A stretch of 64,000 bases of DNA from Torpedo marmorata (taxonomy: Eukaryota). Where the stretch lies: contig OZ360247.1 of assembly GCA_977017645.1 (NCBI GenBank), forward strand, positions 16,430,001-16,494,000, read 5' to 3'. The notes beneath the pieces are model-generated. The model had not been told where the DNA came from. It saw nothing but the letters and a program-made list of their open reading frames with translations, and ran no database searches. How positions within the stretch are numbered: position 1 is the first letter of the stretch; each line of letters opens with the position of its first letter. Below, piece by piece: positions 50,362-62,800 of this stretch. The translations under genes and the position numbers were made by a program.

Positions 50362-50665
50362 AATCAGAATCAGGTTTATTGACATGAACGTATGTCATGT
50401 AATTTGTTGTTTTGCGGCAGCAGTGTGGTGCAGGACAAGGTGCAAAAATTACTATAAAATTACAATTACGTAAATACAATATTTAAAAGAAATTAGTACA
50501 AAAAAGAGAAAATGTGAGGTAGTGTCTATAGGTTCATTGTCTGGTCAGAAATCTGATGGGAGAGGGGAAGAAGCTGTGTTTGTAATATTGAGTGTGTGTC
50601 TTTAGGGTCCTGTATCTCCTCCCTGACGGTGGCAATGAAAAAAATGGCATGGCATAGGTGATGAT
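50362..50665 (-). mobile_element. Rex1/Babar LINE 3' fragment (older copy)
   Basis: AATCAGAATCAGGTTTATTGACATG tail; CAGAAATCTGATGG..GGGGAAGAAGCTG. Confidence 0.75.
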
Positions 50666-52001
50666 TTCTAATTTCCTGAGGTAAGATCAATTCTTTTTGG
50701 TGTTAGAATATCATCCTTGTTAACAAAACTAACTACCCACTCACCTCTTTTACATTCTGCCTCTTCCCAAATCAAATCAGATTGAACTACATTGCATTAT
50801 TTATCATTTTTTAAAAATATATTTTATTTTTCATTTTCAGAAATTTTCACAAAACATTAATAAACCATCACAAAATATACATAAGTTTCAAACGTATCGA
50901 ATACAGAATACATTACCCCCCTTAACCCTCCCTTCCCCAACAAAAAAAGGAAAAAAATAATAAAACCAAAACAAGAAGAAAAAGAAAAGAAAACTAAACG
51001 TACTGTCAGTGCTTACAACTTTTGTTCAAGTATTTGGGGATGTCACACCCTTAAAATAATTACACATTACAGTATACCATACCTCCGGGGTTAGATTACA
51101 ACTGAGCACCAATGTGCTTCAAGTACGGTTGCCACACTTTAACAAAGTTATCATATTTATTTCTAAGACTATATGTAATTTTTTCCATGGGGATGCAGCC
51201 GAATATTTCCGTAGACCATCGAGTGATGAGAAGGGGGGAGTCGGACTTGCAAGTAACTGCGATGCATTATTTTGCTACGGACAGAGCAACTTTTACAAAT
51301 TGAATTTGGAATTTAGATAATCTGTTGCTTATGTCCATGAGGTTTCCTAAAAGATACAACTCCGGGTCTAGTGGAAAGGCTACTCCCGTAATCCTAGTTA
51401 GTGCGTTAGCTAAATCATGCCAAAAGGGCCTTACCTTTGCACATGACCAAGTGGAGTCTAAAAAGGATCCAATTTCTATCCCACACCTGAAACACATTTC
51501 TGATATTTCTGGTTTTGACTTGTGTAGTTTTTGTGGTGTGAGATACAATTGGTGTAGAAAATTATATTGAACCAGCCTATATCTGGCATTAATGACTACT
51601 GTCATGCTATCTAAACACCAGTCTGACCAGCATCGTTCGTGAATTGTTATGCCCAAGTCTGACTCCCACCTCTCTCTCGATCTTTGTAGGCCCGGCTTAG
51701 GGCTTTCTCTTTGGAGTATGAAATACATTCTCAATATGAATTTAGGTGCATTTCCCAATCGAAGCAACTCTTCCATTTCATTACACCTAGGTGGGGTCGT
51801 TGTAGGACCTCATCTATCCCTCAAGAAGGACCTTAGTTGAAGAAAACAGTAAAAGGTTCCATTAGACAAATCATATTTACTCTTCAATTGCTCAAAAGAC
51901 ATAAGTTGTCCTTTCTCATAACAATCTGCTGCCAGATATTTAAGATTTTGTTACCCAAAGCCATGGGTTTAGTTTCATTTTGGATCAAAGGTGCCTTTGG
52001 T

Positions 52002-53007
52002 AAATTAGGAGATAATTTGATTACTCCAAGATATAATGAGTTGGAATTATTAATTACTAAAACAAATATTAATAAGTTTATTTCTCAAATGTATAAATTA
52101 CTTCAGAAAAAAATGCCTAAAGTAGGGTTACATAAATCAAGATTAAGATGGGAATTAGATTTAAATATTAGTATAGATCAAAAACATTGGGAGGATTTAT
52201 GTAAGTTAAGTATGACTAAAGTTATTAATGTTAGGTATAGATTGGTACAATATAATTTTTTTCATCAATTATACTTAACACCAAAAAAACTAAAGAAATT
52301 TAATCCGGCATTGTCAGATTTGTGTTTTAGATGTAAGAATGAAGTAGGTTCTTTTGTTCATTCTACATGGTCATGTCCTAAGATTCAAGATTTTTGGTTT
52401 AAAGTTAAGGATTTTTTAGAAAGAGTTTTCAATGTTAGGTTTTTATTGGACCCTATGTTATTTTTATTTGGAGATATTAGAAAATTTAGTATTAGGAACA
52501 GATTGAATATGTATCAGGTAGAGTTTTTACGTATTGTTTTAGCGGTTTCAAAAAAATGTATCGCTATTACTTGGAAATCAGATTTAGATTTGAATTTAGA
52601 TAGATGGCATGCAGAACTTCGTTCATGTATTCCTTTGGAAAAAATTACCTATAATTTACGGAATAAATATCATTTATTTTTAAAAATTTGGAGCCCATAC
52701 ATGAGGGTTATGGGTTTGAGGATTTGAAATTTTTTGGGAACTAGGTCTATTGGCGAGTTTAACCTCCAGATTAGAATTAGTTTTTAGATGGCTCTCTCCT
52801 CATTATTAATCTCTTTCTCTTTTTCTCTTTATTTTTCTTTATCTATTTTATTTTTAGTATAGTGGGACTGGGGGGTTGGGGAGGGGTGGGAGGGAGTGGG
52901 GGGAGGAAATTTATATCACTGTATTTTGGAATTATATATTTTGGATTTTGAATTATGTATTATGTGATTTAAAAAATTTAAATAAAATAATAAAAATAAA
53001 AAAATAA
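52002..53007 (+). mobile_element. 5'-truncated L1 (AT-rich lineage) inserted antisense into lineage B ORF2
   Basis: ORF2 C-terminus, G-rich 3'UTR, A-rich tail, and a 15-bp TSD AAAGGTGCCTTTGGT at 51987-52001 and 53008-53022. Confidence 0.92.
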
Positions 53008-54784
53008 AAAGGTGCCTTTGGTGATATTTCCACCCTTCCTCCAGCACATTCATTGATTTCCTGCCAAATCTTAATCATGTGTTTTAGAATGGGGTTGTCC
53101 ATTCTTCCAGGTATTAATTTGGTGTTCCATTTGTAAATAAAATCTTTCGTTATTTTCACTCCCATGGTGTGTAGTCCAATTTGGACCCACGAGGGGGGAT
53201 CGTCCCCCTTGAAAAAGGATGAAAGAAACCTCGATTGGGCTGCTAAATAATATTTCTTAAAATCCGGTAATCGCAAACCCCCCAAATTGTAATCCCATGT
53301 CAGCTTCTCCATGGAAGCTCTGGAGACCTTACCACTCCAAATAAATTGCCTTACATATCCATTAAGTGTTTTTAAAAAGACACGTGGCAATGGAATTGGT
53401 AAGGACTGAAAGAGGTATTGCAGTCTCGGCATCACCTTCATTTTAATGTAGTTCACCCCGCCCACTAGAGTAATGGGCAGGTTCCTCCACCTAAGTAAAC
53501 CGTCTTCAATCTTTCGAAGCATAGGGAGGTAGTTAAGTCTATACAAATTCTGAAAATTATTATCAATCATTATTCCTAAATATTTAATACCGTTTAGTTG
53601 CCATTTAAAACGACTCCTTTGTTGATTTTCCCCGTAATCAAATTTTGCCAACGGCATGATCTCACTTTTTTCTAAATTGATTTTGTAACCCGAAATCTTG
53701 CCGTAATCTTCCAGTGTGGTCTGCAACCTGGCCAAGTACTCGGCAGGGTGTGTCAAATACAACAGCACATCATCTGCAAATAAATTAATTTTATGATCCA
53801 CCTGGTCCACCCTGAATCCTTTTATGTCTGGATCCCACCTAATAGATTCCGCCAGTGGCTCAATTGCCAAAATAAAAAGTCCTGGAGACAGTGGACAACC
53901 CTGTCTGCTAGACATACTTAAGGGGAATGTTGACGATATCTGGCCATTCGTAATAATATTAGCCCGAGGTTTGTCCAGTACCTTGAATAAAAACGGCCAT
54001 TCCAGTCTATCAAAATATTTTTCCGCATCCGAAGACTTGGCTATACTCGGGTCTGCCTTTGATTGTGCCAAATGTGTAATACTCAATAGTCTGCCCAAAT
54101 TATTGGCCGAGTGTCTCTTCTTAATAAAGCCGACTTGGTCTGGATTTATCAATTTTGGTAAATATCGACCCAATCTATTAGCCAATGCCTTGGCTATTAT
54201 TTTGTAGTCTGCATTTAATAATGAGATGGGCCTGTATGAAGAAGTTTTTAATGGGTCTCTATTTTTCTTTGGTATAACTGTAATAATAGCTGCTGAAAAG
54301 GATTCCGGGAGAGTCCGTGTTTCCGCTGCCTGGTTAACTACATTCATAATAAGAGGCATCAACAGATCGTTAAACTCTCTGTAGAACTCAGGAGGGAAAC
54401 CATCTTCTCCCGGCGATTTATTCGCCTGTAGAGAACCCAAGACGTTTTCAATCTCCTCTCCGGAGAAAGGGGCATCTAATTCCATCCGATCCTCCTGATC
54501 CAATTTTGGCAATTCAATCATGGACAAGAACTCATCTATTTTAGTTGAGTCACTTGATGACTCTGACTCATACAATTTTATATAAAACTGTTTAAAAGTG
54601 TCATTAATCTTTTTTGGATTGTACAATATATTATCCGGTCCCGACTGAACTGCATTAATTATCCTCGAGGTCTCCTCTGCCCTCAATTGCCAAGACAAAA
54701 CCTTATGTGCTCTTTCCCCTAATTCGTAGTATATCTGCTTGGATCTTAAAATATCCTTCTCCATTTTGTATGTTTGTAAAGTAT

Positions 54785-54895
54785 GGACATAATAGCGACC
54801 CTCTGTCTGCCTTACGGTAGACAAAAATTAAAGAATTTCATGTATGTTACATTCTAAATGTAGCATTACATGACAATAATGGAATCTTTACCTTT
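54785..54895 (+). mobile_element. 5'-truncated copy of the 5S-derived SINE inserted in L1 ORF2
   Basis: Near identical to 35279-35386; splits the L1 peptide KKLKY / TLQTYK. Confidence 0.88.
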
Positions 54896-55742
54896 TTTAT
54901 ATTTAAGTTTCTTATTTACCAAAATTTTGTATTTTTCTTTCGACCCCGACTGTTTGTATTCCTTTTCCAATTTTAAGATCTCCCCTTCCAAATTATTTAT
55001 TTCCTCCATATATTTTTTATTGACACTTTTGGTGTATGAAATTATTTGCCCCCTTAAATACGCCTTCAATGTGTCCCATATTATAAAACTATTATTAGTG
55101 GAGGGGCAGTTTGTTTCGCAAAACAGGTTTATCTGACCCCTTATAAAACTACAGAAATCCAGTCTTTTCAACAGCGTAGAATTAAGGCACCAACTGTACG
55201 CATTAGATTGTTTTACTTGCATTACCATAGCCAAGATCAAAGGCGCGTGATCCGATAGAAGTCTGGCTTAATATTCTGATTCAATCACTCTGCTTTCTAG
55301 TTGTGCCGACATCAGGAAATAGTCAATTCTGGTGTAAGAATCATGGGGCTTTGAGTGAAAGGAGTAGTATCTAGCTTTAGGGTGCAACTGTCTCCATGCA
55401 TCTATTAGATTTAAACCCTTCATGAAAGCCAAGGTGGTTTTAGCCGCCCTGGCTTTCTGAACTGTCCTTGCCGATTTATTCAGAATGGGATCCAAACAGA
55501 AGTTAAAATCCCCAACAATCAAAACATTCTGTCGTCCTTCTGCCACTCTCAAAAAAATATCCTGCATAAATTACTCATCATCAAAATTTGGTGCATAGAG
55601 ATTCAAGAGTGTCCAGGGTTCTGAGTAAATCTGACAATGTACCATTACATATCTTCCTGCCGAGTCCACAACCGTGTCCCCAACCACCACCGGAACATTT
55701 TTATTTATTAAGAAAGCTACCCCACAAGAAGATGCAGCTACC

Positions 55743-56744
55743 TGAATCAGAATCAGAATTTATTGTCATGAACAAGTCATGAAATTCGGTGTTTTGCGGC
55801 AGCATCATAGTGCAATTAACATTCATATTATAACCATCTTACGACATTACAATAAAAAATTATAAATAATAGCGCACGAAAAGTAAGGCAGTGTCTTTGG
55901 TTCATTGATTATTCAGGAATCTGATGGCAACGGGGAAGAAGCTGTCCTTGTGCCGTTGAATGCTCGTCTTTAGGCTCCTGTACCTTTTTCCCAATGGTAG
56001 CAGAGTGAAGGGGGCATGGCCTGGGTGGTGGGGGTCTTTGAGGATAGAGGCTGCTTTTTTAAGACACCGCCTCATGTAGATGTCCTCGATGGAGTGAAGT
56101 TTGGTGCCTGTGATGTCACAGGCTGAGTTAACAACCCTCTGTCCTGAGAGTTGGCGTCTCCATACCAGGCAGTGATGCAACCAGCCAGAATGCTCTCCAC
56201 GGTACACCTGTAGAAGTTTACGAGAGTCTTTGGTGACATACCGAATCTCCTCAGACACCTCACAAAGTATAGCTGCTGACGAGCCTTCTTTGTGATTGCA
56301 TCAACGTGGAGGCTCCAGGACAGATGCTCGGAGATGTTGACACCCAGGAATTTGAAGTTCTTGACCCTCTCCACTACTGAGCCCTCGATGAGGACTGGGT
56401 CATGTTCCCCTGACTTCCTCCTGAAGTCCACAATCATCTCCTTGGTTTTGCTGACGTTGAGCTCAAGGTTGTTGTCGTTACACCATTCAATGAGCTGATC
56501 TATCTCCCTCCTGTACGCTTCCTCATTGCCGTTTGTAATTCTGCCGACAACTGTGGTATCATCGGCAAACTTGTAGATGGCATTGGAATTGTGCCTGGCC
56601 ACACAGTCATGGGTGTATAACGAGTAGAGCAGTGGACTTAGCATGCATCCTTGGGGTGCGCCTGTGTTGATAATCAGTGAGGAGGAGACGTTGTTTCCAA
56701 TTGGTACTGACTGTGGTCTTCTGACCACAGTCAGTACGAATTGG
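55743..56744 (-). mobile_element. Rex1/Babar LINE, 5'-truncated, RT C-terminal half
   Basis: GAPQGCMLSPLLYSLYTHDC...KFADDTTVVG...NVSKTKEMIVDFRR...FKFLG; (CAGAAT)n tail; inserted in the L1 endonuclease. Confidence 0.93.
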
Positions 56745-58384
56745 GTGTCCCACCCAACCTCTTTTTAATTTGCTATGCTCTTGCTTTGTAAGATGAGTTT
56801 CCTATAAGAAAACTATATCTGCCTGTAGCTTTTTAAGGTGTGCCAAGATTCTTTTCCTCTTTATGGATCCGTTCAATCCATAACATTAAAGCTAAGAAAC
56901 CTTAAAACTCATTTGGATATATACACAATTCTATCCTATTTTCATAGCCCCTTTGTATATTTTTTCTATGGTGTGACTGTCCCCTTTTACAATAACATAT
57001 ATGTCTCTTCAGTACTGGCGATGACGCTAAAAAAAACCCCAAAAACCTGTGAAAAAAAGCAACGGATTAAAAAAAGTATCCCTTTTCCTTACTCCGGCAC
57101 CAATAACAACACCTACTCCTTTGTCTCCATCAACCCCCTCAAGATGGGATACACTTAATGCCTTCTTTAGCATATTTGATTAACTGGCTAAATAGGTTCA
57201 TTGCCTATTTATATTATTTACCTTAAAAGCCATTATTTGCTCGATGTAACTCAATATAACGTTGCTATTACAGAAAACCAAACCATCCCTCTTAACCAAC
57301 GTACCATTTCAAATTCAATCAAACTCTTTCTTCTCTCCTTTTTTCCTCCAAACCGTAGGATCTCCCCAGAAGGTCTCGAACAAAGTCCACAGCTTCCTGG
57401 GGCATCTTAAAGAACTTTCTGCCTCCTTCTGGTGTATCGAGCCTCAGCGTCGTGGAGTGGAGTAGCGCATATGGGATCCCCTTCGCTCTTAGTTGCTGCT
57501 TTACTGCGTCGAACGCCTTCCGACGCTTCACCAAAGCCGCGCTCAGGTCTGGGAAGAAAAATACCTTCCCCCCCCGGATCAATGGGCCCGCTATCTTCTC
57601 ATGCACGTGCGGTTGCCGCGCGTAGGATCCTCTCCCAGTCCTAGTGATTTAGCAACCGCACCAGGACTGGTCTTGGTCATTGACCTGGGTCTGGCCAGGG
57701 TCCGAGGGTCCGGTGGGCCCTTTCTATAGATAAAGTTTAAAAAAAATTTTTACTGGCCCAGGATCTTTGGGATCCACCCTTCAAAAAAAACCCACCGGAT
57801 CTTTCCCCTCTTGCCCCTCCTTCAGTCCAATTATCCTGATATTGTTTTTTCTGCTGAAATTCTCCAGCCTGTCGATTATTTCCAGGATATCGTCCCTCTC
57901 CAGTCTCCAGATGTCCATGTTATCTTCCTGCTTTTCCAGCCTCTCTTGGATGCTCTCCATTTTTTCTTCAACCTCCCCCAGGCAGGAGGTTAAAACTCCA
58001 AACGAGCCCTTGATCCCATCTGTGATCTCTCTAAACTTGGCATCTAGCCCAGAGAACCTGGCCTCGAGCCCGGTAATCCTGTCTTCAAGCCCCGTGATCC
58101 TGCTGGCAAGAGCCTGCACAGCGTGCAGGACATCTCGTGACGTGGGCTCTGGGGCCCCGCTCGCCTGTTCCAGTGCCGGTGCCATGATGGAGGCTCCCAA
58201 ACTGCTGCTCCTGTGAAGGGAATCGCCCGGCGATGTCGGCGATCTGGAGGCTTCTTCCTCCACTTGTTTACTTGTTTCCATTTCTCCCTACTTTGACCCT
58301 ATTTTCTGGTACACTATTACTGTAATAGGCTCTTGTCCCTCATTTGCAACGGTGTCATGTTATCGTATGTGTTCACCCAGAATA

Positions 58385-58540
58385 ACATACAGGGACCTAT
58401 TTTAAACTGCTGGCTCTCCAACAGTGTAGTATGATCACTGTCCTGCATTTGGAGTGTCAGATTTTAAGCTTCAGTCTCTGGGGTGGGACTTGAACCCAGA
58501 GCCTTCTGGTTCAGAGGCAACTGTGCTACCAACTGGACTT
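58385..58540 (-). mobile_element. Deu-SINE (SacSINE1-like) tRNA-derived head relic
   Basis: The minus strand reads GGTAGCAC...CCTCTGAACCAGAAGGCTCTGGGTTCAAGTCCCAC...CTGACACTCCAAATGCAG. Confidence 0.6.
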
Positions 58541-58569
58541 TAGACAGCACACAGCACTAGATCATGAGC

Positions 58570-58670
58570 AAACAATGAGGTGCTGGTGGAACTTAGCAGA
58601 TCAGGCAGCATCCATGGGTAGAAATGGCCAGTCAACATTTTGTATCAGGACCCTTCATCTAGATTCTAGA
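58570..58670 (-). mobile_element. Penelope pLTR relic
   Basis: TGCTGGTGGAACTTAGCAGATCAGGCAGCATC...GTCAACATTT...GACCCTTCATC. Confidence 0.65.
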
Positions 58671-59305
58671 ATAAAGTTAAAAGGGGTGAATTTCGTACAT
58701 GAAGGGAGAAAGAAGCTGGGAGCAGGCCAAGAGGTGGTAAATTATTGGAAGGTTGAGAGCACCAGAGCAGCCATTCTCAACGGGACCCGACTGTCCCCAG
58801 GGGGCCACAACACATTTAAGTAAAAGCCTTGTTTTCTTTTCACCTTGCGTAACATAAATATTTTTTTGTTTTTTATGTAGTTGGTAGGAGAGAAGAATGG
58901 AAGAAACCAAAACTTGACTGCTTCACAGGAAAGGGGGCCCATAAACTTCAAACAGAGTCCTTTTGGGTGGTGAGGGGGGCCATAGTCGAGAAAAGGTTGA
59001 GAATGGCTGCATTTGATTATGGTTCTTGCAGGCACTCCAGAACCTGCCTTGGGGTAATTCTTCAGAATACAGTCGAGGCAAGAAGTCCCATTTGCAATAT
59101 GATAAGATAAATGTCACAGCCAAGTCCTTCTTCACTCTCAAATAAATGCAGGAGAGTGAAGGAAAAGAAAAAAAGAGCTTAAATTTATTTGTACATCTAT
59201 TCTTTTATATTTTTTTTCTCTTTTACTGTCTAATGGCATATTGGAGTAAATTAATTTATACTACTGTTGTTGGTGTATCTTAAATTGTATCTTAAAGTGT
59301 ATCTT

Positions 59306-59555
59306 AGGGGCGGCATGGTTAGCGTAACGCTGTTACAGCACCAGTGATCGGGACCGGGGGTTCGAATCCCGCACTGTCTGTAAGGAGTTTGTACATTCTC
59401 CCCATGTCTGCATGGATTTTCGCCAGGGGCTCCGGTTTCCTCCCACCCTTCAAAACGTACCGAGGGTGTAGGTCAATTGGGTGTAATTTGGCGGCATGGA
59501 CTCGTGGGCCAAAAGGGCCTGTTACCGTACTGTATGTCTACATTTTTTTTAAAAA
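59306..59555 (+). mobile_element. tRNA-derived V-SINE (HE1-like)
   Basis: B box GGTTCGAATCCC and V-domain GGAGTTTGTACATTCTCCCCATGTCTGCATGG...CTCCGGTTTCCTCCCAC. Confidence 0.88.
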
Positions 59556-59595
59556 CCTGCGTGGCTGCAGCAAGTAAGAATTTTCGTGTCCCTGT

Positions 59596-59829
59596 TGATG
59601 AGTCCATCAATAACTTCAAAAGACTAGAAGTTGTACTTGAACTGAAAGGCTTTTATTAGCAAAAGAATGGAGTCACATCCATGCTGGTAATCTGTCCTGG
59701 ACTGGGGGAGGAGTGGTGGCACAATCGCCTTTATTCAGGGAGTCTGTGGGAGGAGCCACCGGGACAGTCAGCAGAGGGCATGTCCAGACATATCACCCAG
59801 CCACAACCTATACAAAGTGGTTTACCACA
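59596..59829 (-). repeat. 3' LTR of the Gypsy element (234 bp, TGT...TCA)
   Basis: Matches 63890-64000 with 2 differences in 111 bp; preceded on the minus strand by the PPT. Confidence 0.92.
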
Positions 59830-62800
59830 TTCACCCCTCCTTTTAAAAGAGTCCCACGGGGTGAAGGGTGTAACAATATTTACAAAAGAAATTACAAATT
59901 AGTATATTTAGAGGTTGAGTCGATCAGGCGGCTGAGTCCGCCACTGTGATCGGTGCAGTACTTGTGGTGATGGGACAGGCGGCGGTGTTGCCTCCTGCCT
60001 GATTGGAGGTACCAGCACGTCTGGCGTCAGCAAAATCTCGTGTGTGTACGCCACGGCCGGTACGGGGGTCTCGTTTTGTGTTAGTTTTGAATTGGGTGGT
60101 GCCTCCTGTGTGTCTCTAGTGGTCGGTGCAGGAGTGACAGTAACCATGGATTGTTCGGGGGCGGGCACCAGTGCTCCTGCTGGCGCCAAGTCCCGGATGG
60201 AGACCGTGTCTTCCCGCCCATCAGGGAAAACCACGTAGGCGTACTGGGGGTTGCATGTAGTAGTTGAACTCTCTTGACCATATATTATTGCTCCTGACAT
60301 GTTTCCGGAGCAGCACTGGCCCTGAGGATGTCAGCCATGCTGGTAGGGTAGTCCCAGTGGTCGACTTCCTGGGGAAGGAAAAGAGTCTCTCATGAGGGGT
60401 GGCATTGGTGGATGTACATAGCAGGGAGCGGATGGAGTGGAGTGCCTCGGGAAGGACTTCCTGCCAGAGGGAGACTCGTAATCCCTTAGACCTGAGGGCT
60501 AAGAGTGTGGCCTTCCAGACCGTGGCGTTCTCCCTCTCCACTTGTCCATTCCCCCGGGGGTTATAGCTCGTGGTCCTGCTAGTCGCGATCCCCCTGGCCA
60601 GCAGGTATTGGCGCAGCTCGTCACTCATAAATGAGGACCCTCGGTCACTATGGATATAGCAGGGGTATCGAAACAATGTGAAAAGTGTGCGGAGGGCTTT
60701 TATGACCGAGGTGGTCGTTGTATCGGGGCAGGGAATGGCGAAAGGGAACCGCAAGTACTCGTCAATGATGTTAAGAAAGTACACATTGCAGTTGGTGGAG
60801 GGGAGGAGGCCCTTAAAGTCGATGCTCAGTCACTCATATGGGCGGGTTGCTTTGATCAATTGTGCCTTGTCAGGTCGGTAGAAGTGCAGTTTGCACTCTG
60901 CGCAGACTTGGCAGCTCCCAGTCATCGTCCTGACCTCTTCCAGGGAGTACGGCAGGCTACGGGCTTTCACAAAGTGGAAAAGCCGGGTGACTCCAGGGTG
61001 GCAAAAGTCGCAGTGGAGGGCATATAACCGGTCAATCTGTGTGCTGGCGTACGTCCCCCGGGATAGGGCATCGGAGGGCTCGTTGAGCTTCTCGGGCTGG
61101 TACATGATATCATAGTTGTAGGTGGAGAGTTCGATTCTCCACCTCAGTATTTTATCGTTTTTGATTTTACCCCGCTGCTGATTGCTGAACATAAATGCGA
61201 CTGAGCACTGGTCAGTCAGCAGGGTAAACCTTTTACTTGCAAGATAGTGCCTCCAGTGCCTGATAGCTTCCACTATGGCCTGGGCCTCTTTCTCCACCGC
61301 TGAGTGCCGAATTTCTGGGCCTTGCAGGGTACGGGAGAAGAACGCCACCGGCCTTCCCGCCTGGTTGAGGGTAGCAGCCAGTGCGAAGTCGGACGAGTCG
61401 CTCTCGACTTGGAAGGGGATGGACTCGTCCACCGCGTGTATTGCTGCTTTGGCAATGTCCCCTTTGATGAGGCTGAAGGCCGCACGTGCCTCAGCTGAGA
61501 GGGGGAAAGTGGTGGACTTGACTAGGGGGCGGGCCTTGTCCGCATAATTAGGGACCCATTGTGCATAATATGAGAAGAAGCCCAAGCACATTTTGAGGGC
61601 TCTGAGGGTGTGGGGAAGCGATAGTTCTAGCAGGGGGTGCATGCGGTCAGGGTCGGGGCCGATGACTCCGTTCTCCACAACGCACCCCAGGATAGCGAGT
61701 CGGGTGGTTCCGAACACGCACTTACCCTTGTTATAAGTGAGATTAAAAGTTTTGGCTGCCTGGAGGAACTTCCGGAGATTGTTATCATGGTCCTGCCGGT
61801 CGTGACCACAGATAGTAATATTGTCCAGGTATGGGAACGTGGCCTTTAATTGGCACTAGTCCACCATCCTGTCCATCTCCCTCTGGAAGACAGATATCCT
61901 ATTTGTGACCCCGAAGGGGACGCGCAGGAAGTGATAGAGCCTGCCGTCCGCCTCGAAGGCGGTGTAAGGGCGGTCCTTCCGGCGGATGGGGAGCTGGTGG
62001 TAGGCAGATTTGAGGTCTATAGTGGAGTATAGCTTGTACTGAGCTATCTGATTCACCATATCTGCAATGCGTGGTAGAGGGTACGCATCGAGCTGTGTCA
62101 ACCTATTGACGGTCTGACTATAATCTACCACCATCCTATTTTTCTCCCCGTTCTTAACGACAACCACCTGGGCCCTCCAGGGACTTGTGCTCACCTCAAT
62201 GATCCCTTCCCTAAGCAACCACTGCACCTCCGACTTAATGAAGGCCCTGTCCCCTGCACTGTATCTCCTGCTTTTGGTTGCCACAGGTTTACAGTCAGGG
62301 GTCAGATTGGCGAACAGCATTGGGGGAGGGATCTTGAGGGTGGATAGGCCGCAAGTAGTGTCTGTGATGCGGCTGCGCGTGTGGTGTGGCGGCATACGTC
62401 TACCATGTTTGAGTAATTGATGGTTACCAACAGTAATTGGTGGAAGGGGCCCGTCATATTCCATCGTCACACTTTGAAGGTGGCTCTGGAAGTCGAGCCG
62501 CAGTATTACAGGGGCACATAGTCGGGGCATGACCAATAGTGTAAAGTCCCGATATTCAGTGTCCTGCACCACTAGCGTCGCTACACAACCCCCCCGGATG
62601 TCTGTTGTGTGCGACCCGGAAGCCATGATGACCCTCTGGCTTACTGGCTGTGTCGTGAGTCCGCAACGCTACACCGTGTCTGGGTGGATGAAGCTCTCCG
62701 TGCTGCCTGAGTCGAACAGGCAGCTTGTCCTGTGTCCCTCCACCAGAATGTCCATCATAGACCTCGCGAGTTGGTGGGGTGCACTTTGGTCGAGTGTAAC

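Larger units (their letters stand above)
50805..58330 (-). mobile_element. Near full-length L1-clade LINE (lineage B): ORF1 ~57319-58281, ORF2 ~51100-56900, carrying three nested insertions
   Basis: ORF1 LENFSRKNNIRIIGLKEG and FFPDLSAALVKRRKAF; ORF2 GDFN, YTRID, SPGEDG, RQGCPLSP, FADD, IKYLG and C-terminal CFRC...TWSC. Confidence 0.93.

Noticed and set aside
51837-54824. 296-aa and 623-aa ORFs as host genes
   Set aside because: Chimeric L1 ORF2 pieces whose termini come from neighbouring insertions.
58479-58540. tRNA gene on the minus strand
   Set aside because: Degenerate SINE head; no complete cloverleaf.
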